NCBI RefSeq assembly: GCF_000007225.1
Contig: NC_003364.1
Coordinates: 2,010,001-2,042,000, forward strand
Reading direction: 5' to 3'
Source: Pyrobaculum aerophilum str. IM2
GTDB taxonomy: Archaea; Thermoproteota; Thermoprotei; Thermoproteales; Thermoproteaceae
DNA: 32,000 bases
Part shown: piece by piece, positions 8,908 through 18,162 of the stretch
How the letters are laid out: every line of letters starts with the position of its first letter
Position numbering within the stretch: position 1 is the stretch's first letter
Translations under genes and position numbers: made by a program
Notes under the pieces: generated by a model
Seen by the model: the letters and a program-made list of their open reading frames with translations, nothing else
The model's database searches: none
Told to the model about the DNA's origin: nothing

Positions 8908-10299
8908 ATGTACATAGGAACGGAGTTCGCCATAGCCACTGAGAGCTTTCTGGCATCGAGGGCTGGATATGAGGTTTATAAAAAAGGCGGAAACGCGGCG
9001 GACGCCGTGGTGGCCGCATCGGCCGTGTTGACATACACTCTGCCTCACCTTGGGGGAGTCGGAGGGGATTTCCTCGCAGTTGTACACAAGGGGGACAGGG
9101 CGGAATCTGTTTTGGGGTTGGGGTGGGCGCCTCGCAAAATCCCCGACCGCCCCCCGCGTAGGGGGATACAATCAGCCGTAGTGCCTGGCTATATAGCTGG
9201 GCTAGTGGAGTTTCACAAGAGATACGGCGCCCTGCCCTGGGGCGAGGTCATTGGGACGGCGCTGGATTTTATGCGCAAGGCGACAGTGCACCCCTCGTTG
9301 GCTGCGGCCATAGAGAGACATAGGGATTTGCTCGCCTCAGATCCAGGCGGCAGGCTGTACCTCGCCCTGCCCCTAGAGCCCGGCGCGCCTTATAAAATCG
9401 AGCCTTTATTAAAACTGTGGGGCGTGTTAAGGGATAATCCCCTTTTATTTTACGACGAAATTGCCAGAGATTTAGAGCAGTACGGATATTTCGAGCTAGA
9501 CGACTTTTTAAAATACAGACCTGAGGTCAAGCCGCCGGTGTTTATAAATTACGACGGATGGGTTATATACGAGGCGCCGCCGCCCTCGCTTGGATTTGTC
9601 GTGTTGCTAACCGTTAAGCTCTCTCAACCAGTTAAAAGCCCCTTCAGCTATGCCAGGATTAAAAACACAGTCGCCGCGTTGAGAAAGGCGCATTGGGCTA
9701 GAGACGCGTATTTACACGACGGAGAAGTTCCCGTTTATGACATTCTCTCCGGAGGCGTTCAGTTAGGCGAGGCAGACAAGCCTGAGCCGACGCCCGGCAC
9801 TACGTACCTCGCCGCTGGCGACAAAGAGCTGACAGTTTCAGCCATACAATCCCTCTACTACCCCTTCGGGTCTGGCTTTACAGATTTAAAGTGGGGCATA
9901 ACATTTAACAACAGAGCCAGCGACTTCACTACAGGCTTAAACAGACCGGCGCCGAGGAAGCGGCCGTCCCATACCCTTTCTGCGGTGGTTATGGTAAAAG
10001 AGGGAGAGGCTTGGGCTCTTGGGGCAAGCGCCGGCCACTACAGGCCGGCAATATACGCACAGCTGATACAAAACGTAATTTGGTACGGCATGAGCCCGCG
10101 AGAGGCGATCTTGGCGCCGCGTTTTATATGGACTGGGGGGTGGGAGGTCCAGGCTGAGGAGGGGTGGGAGGCAGGCTTAGGCGTCACTATTGTCAAATAC
10201 CCCAGCAGAATGGGAGTGGCCGCGGCGTTGCGTAAAAGAAATAACTACATCGCCGCGGTTGCGGACATCCGCGGAGACGGCCTAGCCCTAGGGATTTAG
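8908..10299 (+). CDS. ggt: Gamma-glutamyltranspeptidase family protein
   Basis: The N-terminal motif KKGGNAADAVVAASAV is present. A candidate autoprocessing/nucleophile Thr sits in PGTTYLAAGD. Length and layout match the GGT / Ntn-hydrolase family. Confidence 0.85.
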   Translation: MYIGTEFAIATESFLASRAGYEVYKKGGNAADAVVAASAVLTYTLPHLGGVGGDFLAVVHKGDRAESVLGLGWAPRKIPDRPPRRGIQSAVVPGYIAGLVEFHKRYGALPWGEVIGTALDFMRKATVHPSLAAAIERHRDLLASDPGGRLYLALPLEPGAPYKIEPLLKLWGVLRDNPLLFYDEIARDLEQYGYFELDDFLKYRPEVKPPVFINYDGWVIYEAPPPSLGFVVLLTVKLSQPVKSPFSYARIKNTVAALRKAHWARDAYLHDGEVPVYDILSGGVQLGEADKPEPTPGTTYLAAGDKELTVSAIQSLYYPFGSGFTDLKWGITFNNRASDFTTGLNRPAPRKRPSHTLSAVVMVKEGEAWALGASAGHYRPAIYAQLIQNVIWYGMSPREAILAPRFIWTGGWEVQAEEGWEAGLGVTIVKYPSRMGVAAALRKRNNYIAAVADIRGDGLALGI

Positions 10300-10336
10300 G
10301 CAGAAAAACTTATTTTTCCACACACATGCGTTGAAC

Positions 10337-10504
10337 ATGACGGGATATAAATGCGCAATATGCGGACGGGAGGACACCCCGCTGTTAGAGGCCAATATAA
10401 AGGACAGGGGCCCTGCGTTAGTATGCCCAGACTGCTGGGCGAAGCTCATGGCCGAGAATAAAATAATCGTCGGAAGTACTGGCGGCGGTTGCGCCTGCGG
10501 ATAG
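10337..10504 (+). CDS. 55-aa zinc-ribbon protein (below the ORF-track length cutoff)
   Basis: My translation is MTGYKCAICGREDTPLLEANIKDRGPALVCPDCWAKLMAENKIIVGSTGGGCACG. It contains two CxxC pairs plus a C-terminal CxC. The box aaaaacttattttt is centred about 26 nt upstream of the ATG. Confidence 0.5.
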   Translation: MTGYKCAICGREDTPLLEANIKDRGPALVCPDCWAKLMAENKIIVGSTGGGCACG

Positions 10505-10760
10505 GGCCGAGACTGCAGAGAATCCTAAATCGCAGTAGAGAAGCAAGTTAAGCGGAGGGAGTTTTGCGATGCCCTAGCGTCCTTTGCGCCGCTTGTAAAC
10601 AAGGAGCGCCAACAGCTAAGGGCCTAAGAGGTAATTCAAAAAGGAGATGTGCGGACCCATGAATCGCCCCCGCCCCGGGCATGTCGAGGCGGCCGCGCCG
10701 GGACCCACTACTGCCGCTGGTGGGAACGGCCTCATCCACTAAAATCTGCCCATAACGCGA

Positions 10761-10772
10761 AAAACTTAAAAC
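10761..10772 (+). promoter_or_regulatory. BRE/TATA-like box aaaacttaaaac for tRNA-Leu
   Basis: The box is centred about 26 nt upstream of tRNA position 1. The same aaacttaaaa core is seen upstream of the other two tRNAs. Confidence 0.55.
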
Positions 10773-10793
10773 CTCATCTGCATTTTAAAGCAG

Positions 10794-10881
10794 GCGGGGG
10801 TGCCCGAGCCAGGTCAAAGGGGCAGGGTTTAGGTCCCTGTGGCGTAGGCCTGCGTGGGTTCAAATCCCACCCCCCGCACCA
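10794..10881 (+). tRNA. tRNA-Leu (anticodon UAG), long variable arm, genomically encoded CCA, no intron
   Basis: Hand-folded. The acceptor pairs GCGGGGG/CCCCCGC. The anticodon stem pairs CAGGG/CCCUG with loop UUUAGGU. The T arm is GUGGG-UUCAAAU-CCCAC, followed by discriminator A and CCA. Confidence 0.9.
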
Positions 10882-11218
10882 CCTCTTCACCGCCTTATAA
10901 CGCGTAATTTTTGGAACAGCCGCCGGCTTGCTTTCCCTTCACTTCGGCATACCACTTCAGCAACTCCCACTCCCCTGAGTTTTGCCAGGGGGAATAAATG
11001 CCTTGCGTAAAGATGGGCGACACCCCCTTCTCCTTTATCGACCCGTCGCCCGTTAGAGCCGCCAGCACCAGGGCCCTCTCCCCGTCTTGCCTCACGCTGA
11101 GTGTGGCTTTTCCCTATCTCAATGACGTTAGGCTAAGTAGTAAGGGAGTAAGATTTAGGAGGGCCTCGCATAGTTTTACGCGTTATTACTTAATAAAGCT
11201 CGTTTTTTCACTGGGCGC

Positions 11219-11503
11219 ATGAGGGTGTTGGTTAAAATCTTCGGGCCTAAATATTTCGGACTAGATACTTATGACGTGATTACTCTAGTACTAGATCTTA
11301 AAGAAGGCGCCACTGTGGGGGACGTAATGGAGGAGCTTGAAAAGCGCTACCCAGGCCTCCGGCAGAAATTACTGAGGGGGGAGGAGATTATTCCAATGCA
11401 CGACATTTGGGTAAATGGACGTTCTATTTATTTCCTCCAGGGGCTTAAAACGGCGTTGGCGGAGGGGGATGTGGTGCAGATAATTCCTCCGTTTGGCGGC
11501 TAA
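11219..11503 (+). CDS. ThiS/MoaD-family ubiquitin-like sulfur-carrier/modifier protein (C-terminal Gly-Gly)
   Basis: The 94-aa ORF ends in ...DVVQIIPPFGG directly before the stop and has beta-grasp-like length. The box acttaataaagc lies about 27 nt upstream of the ATG. Confidence 0.8.
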   Translation: MRVLVKIFGPKYFGLDTYDVITLVLDLKEGATVGDVMEELEKRYPGLRQKLLRGEEIIPMHDIWVNGRSIYFLQGLKTALAEGDVVQIIPPFGG

Positions 11504-12474
11504 GGGCGGGTCCAGTATACAACGTCTTTTTCAACTCTCTTTACCGCCCCCATTTCTTCTAGGTAGAGCAAGTGGCTGTACGCCTCTCCGATTGCGAAGA
11601 TCTTGTTGTAGACGTCAAAGTTTTCAAAACTCCCCGCGTCCCACTTAATTCTCTGCGCCACTTGATATGTAGTTAAGGGCTCTTTCAACACGGCTAAAAT
11701 CTCGCCGAGTCTTTTCTCGTGGTGTTTTACTAACTCGTCAATCCGCGTGGTTATGTCGCTTATTTCATCCCCGTGTGCAGGGTACCCTTTGGCTTTTATA
11801 TAGACTTTTCTCAAGCTGTTTAAATACGCCTTGAGGGGGTTGAAGCCCTTCTTGGGGTACCACGATATATTGGGCGTTATTTTCGGCAATATGTGGTCGC
11901 CTGTGAACACCCCGTCTCTGTATATGTATACGGTGTGTCCTGGCGTGTGGCCTGGGGTAGAGAGGGCCTTTAAGCCGCAGTCTAATAACTCGCCGTCTTT
12001 AACCCTCTTCCAGGGGAGTTTCCATACGTCTTCAAAGGCCTTTCTATACCTCGACATGGGGTGGATCTTTAAGAAGGCCTCTGCCACCTCCGCCGGCGCG
12101 CCGTGTCTCCTGTACTCCTCTGCGTATAGTCTCGCCAAGTCTTCAAAAGAAGTCGCAACTTCGCTGACCTCGCCCTCCCCTATGTAAAAATCTGGAGACG
12201 CCACTTCTGCGATAAACTGCGCCAAAGTTATGTGGTCGGCGTGGTAGTGAGTTATGAATACCTTAGTTATCTCGCTAGGCTTTATGCCGAGTGACTTAAG
12301 CCCTCTCAGCAGAGACAGAGCCGCATCGTAAGTGGCGAGCCCCGCATCTATCAAGCCGTAACCATCGCTACACTTAACCACATATACATTGACGTGTCCC
12401 AGCTCCATACCAGGTAAGGGAAGGGAAATTCGGAAAAACGCCATGCATTTGAATTCACACAGATTTATGTACAT
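11500..12474 (-). CDS. MBL-fold metallo-hydrolase with a C-terminal winged-helix-like domain
   Basis: The HxHxDH motif ITHYHADH is present, along with downstream His/Asp ligands (TPGHTPGH, TGDH). The real start may be internal Met 11 (MAFFRISL, coordinate 12444). Confidence 0.85.
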   Translation of the reverse strand: MYINLCEFKCMAFFRISLPLPGMELGHVNVYVVKCSDGYGLIDAGLATYDAALSLLRGLKSLGIKPSEITKVFITHYHADHITLAQFIAEVASPDFYIGEGEVSEVATSFEDLARLYAEEYRRHGAPAEVAEAFLKIHPMSRYRKAFEDVWKLPWKRVKDGELLDCGLKALSTPGHTPGHTVYIYRDGVFTGDHILPKITPNISWYPKKGFNPLKAYLNSLRKVYIKAKGYPAHGDEISDITTRIDELVKHHEKRLGEILAVLKEPLTTYQVAQRIKWDAGSFENFDVYNKIFAIGEAYSHLLYLEEMGAVKRVEKDVVYWTRP

Positions 12475-12659
12475 TTACTTCTCGCGAGCCGCGAATCCCC
12501 TACGCCCATCTACTGCGTATTACCGCAACCTCCTGCTTGCGTTAGCCGCCCAGCCGTTGAGCTAAGACTCCTGTACTATTATATTCGCCGCGGCGCACAA
12601 AAGAGGAAATAACGCTAGAGGCCAAAACTCCTAACTGGGAAAACCTAAACAGCCGTTCG

Positions 12660-13427
12660 GTGGAAATAGTCGCCCTAGAGATTTTTATCTGTGATAGTTT
12701 AAAGGCCGTGGGAATTCCCGGAGGAGAGATCTTACAACTTCCGACGCCTGATGTGGAGGGGGTGTTTTTAAAGCGACTTAATAGATTTGCCGGCGTGGCG
12801 CTGATAGGGGGGAGGGAGTCGTATGTACACATTCACGATCCAGGGCGGCTGAGGGAGTTGTTGTTCCCCGGGGCTAAGATATGGGCTAGGAGAACCGTCA
12901 GGGGGAGGACCGAGTATTACCTCGCCGCCGTGGAGCTAGACGACGAATTGGTCTTAGTTGACTCGTCGTTGCACAATAAAATAGCTGTGTGGCTTATAGA
13001 AAACGGCTATTTGTTGAGGGGCTATTCGCTTGAGAAGAGAGAGCCTGCTTTTGGCAGAGGCCGTTTTGACCTATTACTGAAGTCCCCGGAGGGGAGGCGG
13101 GCGCTTGTAGAGATCAAGGGCGTGACTTTAGAAGTAGGCGGCAGGGCGCTTTTCCCTGACGCCCCAACCTCACGGGGGGCCCGCCACATGGAGGAACTGG
13201 CCAGGGCCGTGGCCGAGGGTTACGAGGCTCACGTAATCTTCCTAGTGTTGAGGAAGAGGGCGGAGTCGATGTCGCCCCACTGGGAGATGGACCGGAAATT
13301 TGCCGAGAGCCTCCTCCGGGCTCATAAGGCTGGCGTTAAAATTCACGCTGTTAAGTTGGAGATGTTTAAATGGGGGTTGCGGTTTTCAAGCGAGTTGCCG
13401 GTGGACTTATCTCCTAGAGATTTCTAA
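12660..13427 (+). CDS. sfsA: SfsA-family nuclease/DNA-binding protein
   Basis: The N-terminal OB-like motifs FLKRLNRF and [12 protein letters not shown] are present. The C-terminal PD-(D/E)xK-like region contains EIKGV. The start codon is uncertain; the N-terminal about 30 aa may not be translated. Confidence 0.85.
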
Positions 13428-14258
13428 GAGGTAGCGGTAGAGAGAGCCCCAGATTTTGTCGTCGTTTCTAATTTTGTTCTCAAAATTTTCATACCCAGCC
13501 CAATTTCTAAAAGCCCTCTCAGTCTCCTCATCCCACACGCCCGTGGGCTCTCTCTTGTAAAAGCCCAGCCGCCTCAATGCCTCCTGCACCTCGCCAGCGA
13601 CGTCTTTTTTAAGGACTACGTCTAAGGGATCCTCTCGTTGCAACAGCGTCAGCTCCCAGATTTTAAAAATCCGCCGCAATTCTGCCACGGGATCTGGGTG
13701 GTCGTCAACTCTAATGTCGACGTATACATCCGTCAGGCCCAAGTAGCCGCCTCCAGGCCTTAAGACGATTATAGCCGCAGACTGCTTACCCCTTCTATCC
13801 CCTCCGGCCCTATCCCCTGCCTCTAATGCCGCTAGAAGTTTATCCACTAGCTCTCCCCTTTGGCTCTCAAATGCCCTGGCCATGGACTCAACTACTTGCG
13901 GCCCTGCCAGAATATTGCCCAGTGCGACGTAGCCGTGGCCAGTCACATGTCCGGCGTATTCCGGGCACTCTCTGCCAGTGAAGCCGTATGCGTTGCCCCT
14001 AATATCCACGGCGCCAATTTGTCTAAGCTCTTTCTCCACGTCTTGAGACAGGGCTCTCTCCACCGCCTCCCTCGCCGCCAGGCCTTGTTTGATCATTGAG
14101 ATTATAACCTTGCCGAGTTTGGGATTTGCATAACACTGAGTGGCGACGGCGCCAACTGCCGCCTCTGCGTGTGGGACAAAGGCGCCGACAGCAACAAATT
14201 TAGAGGACACCGCCACCCCGACGTCCACGCCGTCTGTGGCCACTATTGAAAATGTCAT
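13407..14258 (-). CDS. DUF1028-family Ntn-hydrolase-fold protein with a C-terminal PG_binding_1-like domain
   Basis: [10 protein letters not shown] at the N-terminus is typical of DUF1028, with Thr exposed after Met removal, so I choose ATG 14258 over TTG 14264. The C-terminus [39 protein letters not shown] matches the peptidoglycan-binding-domain repeat pattern. Confidence 0.8.
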
Positions 14259-14296
14259 TACCAAGTAGTTAAATAAATCTTAAGTACCTTACGTTT

Positions 14297-15104
14297 ATGG
14301 AAATTAAAAATGGGGTTAGGTTATTGAGGGGCTCGCCCAATACTTTAATAGTGGGGAATTACGTGGTGGATCCAGGCCAGCCCGAGGATAGAGCTGGGGA
14401 AATTCTGTCAATAGCCGGGCGGAGTCCCGTCGTGTTGCTGACTCATTTCCACGCCGATCACTTAACTGCAACGCCAAACGGCGCAGAGGTGTACGCCCCA
14501 TGGGGAGAGGAGTTATTCGTGGCCAGCGTCAGGGCGCGGCTCTTTTTCACGCACGGAGTCTACGTAGAGGGCGCTGTATACAAGGGCTCTGATATACAGT
14601 TAAGCGGAGTAGTGAAGCCGGGCGAAAAAATCGGCCCGTTTGAAGTCGTGGCATTGCCCGGCCACACCTTTGGCCACGTGGGCTATTACACTGAGGGCGT
14701 GTTATACGCAGGCGACGCTCTATTCGGAGAGAAGGTCTTGGAAAAATACGGAGTTCCCTACTTAATGGATGTGGACATGTTCCTCTCTTCCCTAGACAAA
14801 ATTATAGAGTTAGATCCCGAGACGTTGGTAATTGGCCACGGCCCGTTGCGGGTAGCAAGAGGAGAATTAAGGAATTGGTAGAGGCGAATAAAGCCGCAGT
14901 GGAGCGGGCCGTGAAGGCCGTGGAGGCGGCTATGCCGGGGACATCACCTCAATAACTATTAAAGTCTTAAAAGAGACGGGGGGCGAGAGAGGTTGGGAAA
15001 ATGTCTTGCTTACAATGACAACTGTGCGGGCTGTGCTTTCAAAATTATCAAGAGAGGGGTTTATTTACATGGATGAAAACGGCTATTGGGGGAGAAAATC
15101 ATAA
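14297..15104 (+). pseudogene. MBL-fold hydrolase paralog interrupted by two frameshifts
   Basis: Frame A (14297-14881) carries LTHFHADH and ALPGHTFGH and stops at LRNW*. Frame B continues with ...RRIKELVEANKAAVERAVKAVEAAMPG to a stop at 14953-14955. Frame C continues with DITSITIKVLKETGGERGWENVLLTMTTVRAVLSKLSREGFIYMDENGYWGRKS* to a stop at 15102-15104. The three pieces together have the same domain layout as the intact paralog at 11500-12474. Confidence 0.65.
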
Positions 15105-15223
15105 TTATAGATAATGATAATTAATTCATATATATAAATAAATTTTAGCATATAATTACATAGATATTTCAATTATTATTTTTTAATGAGAAATATTTAA
15201 ATATAGAAGGATTTTTCAATTAC
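15105..15223 (+). promoter_or_regulatory. Extremely A/T-rich intergenic block containing the ppdK promoter
   Basis: About 120 nt are almost devoid of G/C. The TATA-like sequence atatttaaatata is centred about 24 nt upstream of ATG 15224. Confidence 0.45.
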
Positions 15224-17971
15224 ATGGAGAAATATGTTTATAGCTTTAAAGAGGCCGATTATAGGAATAAAAAGCTGTTCGGCGGAAAGGGCGCCAGCCT
15301 CATACAAATGACGCAGTTAGGGCTTAGAGTCCCCCCTGGATTTATAATCACAACAGAGGCATGTAAGAAATTCTACGAGCCGAGGAGGCGGGAAATCTCA
15401 GAGCTGGAGGGAATCCTATTAAAAAACCCCCCGCCGGAGGTGAGAGACGAGGTAATTAAAAAGCTCCACGCAATTATAGACAGCCTTGACTTGCCTGGGG
15501 AGATTTGGTCCCAAGTAGTTAGCTATATGAGAGAACTGGAGAAAGAGACAGGGAAGAGGTTTGGAGACCCGGAAAACCCGTTATTAGTCTCCGTGAGGAG
15601 CGGCGCGGCTGTGTCTATGCCCGGCATGATGGATACGGTTTTAAACCTCGGCTTAAATGACGAGACTGTAAAAGGCCTCGCGAAACAGACAGGCAACGAG
15701 TGGTTTGCTTATGATGCTTACCGGCGTTTTCTACAGATGTTCGGCAAAATAGTCTTGTCAATAGACGAAAAGCTCTTCTCAACTGCGTGGGAGGAGATTA
15801 AGAGGAAATACGGCGTAAAAGACGACCCGGACGTTCAGCTGGAGGGTCTTAAAGAGGCAGTGGAGCGTTTTAAGGAAATTATAGTAAGGGCCAGAGGCGG
15901 ATTTCCGCAAGATCCGTGGGAGCAACTGAAGCTCGCGATAAAGGCCGTGTTTAGGTCGTGGATGTCTCCGCGTGCAATTTTCTACCGCATTATTGAGAAG
16001 ATTACTCCTGACATAGCTGACTGCACGGCTGTCAACGTGGTGACTATGGTGTTCGGCAACGCGGGCTGGGACTCCGGCACTGGGGTGGTTTTCAGCAGAG
16101 ACGTGGCGACTGGGGAGAACAAGCTGTACGGCGAGTTCCTCCCAGTGGCCCAGGGAGAGGACGTAGTGGCCGGCATCAGGACGCCGATGGATATCGAGGA
16201 GTTTAGAAAAAGGTTCCCCCACCTCTACGAGGAGCTCTACCAGGGGGTTAAGCTGTTGGAGAAAGTGAATAAGGACGTGCAAGACGTCGAGTTCACTGTG
16301 GAGAGGGGGAAGCTCTACTTCTTACAGACGAGAAACGCGAAGATGACCGCCCTTGCCAGAGTGAAAACCGCAGTTGACATGGCCAAGGAGGGCATTATCA
16401 CAAAGGAGGAGGCCTTGCTCATGGTGAGCCCAGATCACGTATTGCAATTGCTATACCCGCGCATTGATCCAAAGGCTAAGGCGACTCTTGTGGCGCAAGG
16501 CCTGCCGGCGAGTCCGGGGGCGGTGTCTGGACAAGTGGTATTCCACCCGGATGACGCAGTTAGGTGGGCCGCCCAGGGCAAACGCGTTATATTAGCGCGG
16601 GTGGAGACAAAGCCTGACGACGTACATGGCTTTTACGCAGCTGTGGGCGTTTTGACTAGCAGAGGCGGGATGACTAGCCACGCCGCAGTTGTGGCAAGGG
16701 CTATTGGGAAGCCCGCAGTAGTTGGCGCCGAGTCTATTGAGATACACGAGGAGGAGAAATACTTAAAGGTGGGTACTCACGTCATACGCGAAGGGGATTG
16801 GATTACAATTGACGGGCATACGGGCAATGTATATATCGGCGTAGTTCCTACAATAGAGGCGGAGCTCATTCCAGAGCTTGAAGAGCTCTTACGTTGGGCG
16901 GATGAAATTAGGCGCCTTGGAGTGAGGGCTAACGCAGATTTGCCAGAAGACGCGGCTATTGCAAGGAAGTTCGGGGCGCAGGGCATAGGCCTGTTGAGAA
17001 TTGAGCGGATGTTCAGAAAGCCAGAGCGATTGGAATTACTAAGGAGGATAATCCTCGCGGAGTCTCCTGAGGAGAGGAGGCCCCATTTAGAAGCTCTTTA
17101 CAAAATGTTAAAGAACGATTTTAAAGAGGTATTTAAAATTATGGACGGGCTGCCGGTTGTAGTTAGGCTAATTGACCCGCCGTTGCACGAGTTTTTGCCA
17201 AAGCCAGAGGAGATATTGGAACAGATATACCAGAGGAAGATGCGGGGCGACGACGCCTCAGAGCTTGAGAAGTTGTACCGGCGCGTAAAGGCTCTGCAAG
17301 AGGCAAATCCCATGTTGGGACACAGAGGGGTTAGAGTCGGCGTGACGCACCCCGACTTTTACTACTATTTAAACAAGGCCATACTGGAGGCCGCGGCCGA
17401 GCTAAAAAAGGAGGGCTTTAACCCAGTTGTTGAGATAATGATACCGCAGGTATCAGACGTGAGGGAAATTATTTACGTTAAAGAAAAGGCCATTATACCT
17501 GCTTTGAAGGACGTAGAGGCGAGCACTGGCGTAAAACTCGACGTAAAGATTGGGACGATGATCGAAACTGTCCGCGCCTGTCTCACAATTGACGAGATAG
17601 CAAAACACGTGGATTTCATAAGTTTTGGCACAAACGACTTGACCCAAGCTGTGTTTAGCTTCAGCCGCGACGACGCCGAGAATAAGTTCATACCTCAATA
17701 CTTAGATCTTAAAATACTCGACGCGGATCCCTTTGAGACAATTGACATTAAAGGCGTTGGAAAGCTCGTTGAATATGCCGCCAAAACGGCAAAAGAAGTA
17801 AATCCCTCCATAGAGGTAGGAGTGTGCGGCGAACACGGCGGAGATCCCAAGTCTATTTACTTCTTCCACAACAAAGTTGATTACGTGAGCGCCTCGCCGT
17901 TTAGAGTGCCCCTCGCCCGGCTCTCCGCCGCGCAAGCCGCTATTATTAATAGGCAAAATCCGCACTATTAA
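15224..17971 (+). CDS. ppdK: Pyruvate, phosphate dikinase
   Basis: The 915-aa ORF has an ATP-grasp N-terminus and the phosphohistidine motif TSRGGMTSHAAVVAR. The C-terminal PEP-utilising TIM barrel carries GTNDLTQ and VGVCGEHGGDP. Confidence 0.95.
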   Translation: MEKYVYSFKEADYRNKKLFGGKGASLIQMTQLGLRVPPGFIITTEACKKFYEPRRREISELEGILLKNPPPEVRDEVIKKLHAIIDSLDLPGEIWSQVVSYMRELEKETGKRFGDPENPLLVSVRSGAAVSMPGMMDTVLNLGLNDETVKGLAKQTGNEWFAYDAYRRFLQMFGKIVLSIDEKLFSTAWEEIKRKYGVKDDPDVQLEGLKEAVERFKEIIVRARGGFPQDPWEQLKLAIKAVFRSWMSPRAIFYRIIEKITPDIADCTAVNVVTMVFGNAGWDSGTGVVFSRDVATGENKLYGEFLPVAQGEDVVAGIRTPMDIEEFRKRFPHLYEELYQGVKLLEKVNKDVQDVEFTVERGKLYFLQTRNAKMTALARVKTAVDMAKEGIITKEEALLMVSPDHVLQLLYPRIDPKAKATLVAQGLPASPGAVSGQVVFHPDDAVRWAAQGKRVILARVETKPDDVHGFYAAVGVLTSRGGMTSHAAVVARAIGKPAVVGAESIEIHEEEKYLKVGTHVIREGDWITIDGHTGNVYIGVVPTIEAELIPELEELLRWADEIRRLGVRANADLPEDAAIARKFGAQGIGLLRIERMFRKPERLELLRRIILAESPEERRPHLEALYKMLKNDFKEVFKIMDGLPVVVRLIDPPLHEFLPKPEEILEQIYQRKMRGDDASELEKLYRRVKALQEANPMLGHRGVRVGVTHPDFYYYLNKAILEAAAELKKEGFNPVVEIMIPQVSDVREIIYVKEKAIIPALKDVEASTGVKLDVKIGTMIETVRACLTIDEIAKHVDFISFGTNDLTQAVFSFSRDDAENKFIPQYLDLKILDADPFETIDIKGVGKLVEYAAKTAKEVNPSIEVGVCGEHGGDPKSIYFFHNKVDYVSASPFRVPLARLSAAQAAIINRQNPHY

Positions 17972-18162
17972 AAAGCCATTTAAAAAAACATATATATTTT
18001 ACATATGTGGACAAGGCTGAAGAATTTCATAACAAGCATGTGCCTAATACTGGCGCCGTATATTGACGTGTGTAAATTCGGCGCGCCCGAGGAGAAAAGC
18101 CTGTTGAAAGAAGCGAGAGAAACTAGATGTAGCAAAATAAAATAACTTTTTCCACCCCCTCT

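Noticed and set aside
10649-10900. 83-aa plus-strand ORF (and the antisense 63-aa ORF at 10548-10739)
   Set aside because: The sequence is Arg/Gly/Pro-rich and low-complexity. It runs straight through the tRNA-Leu gene and overlaps the other ORF antisense. It is best explained as chance open frames in GC-rich non-coding DNA.
10895-11095. 66-aa minus-strand ORF between tRNA-Leu and the MoaD-like gene (and the antisense 74-aa ORF at 10998-11222)
   Set aside because: The composition is protein-like, but it has a GTG start, no TATA-like box at the usual spacing and no motif I recognise. It could be a gene remnant, and there is not enough support to call it.
15779-16282. Long antisense ORFs inside large genes (also for example 7784-8218, 8276-8665, 23686-24159, 26680-27090, 28427-28864, 30396-30728)
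   Set aside because: Each lies wholly within and opposite a gene with strong motif support, and each has biased Ser/Arg/Pro-rich composition typical of shadow frames.
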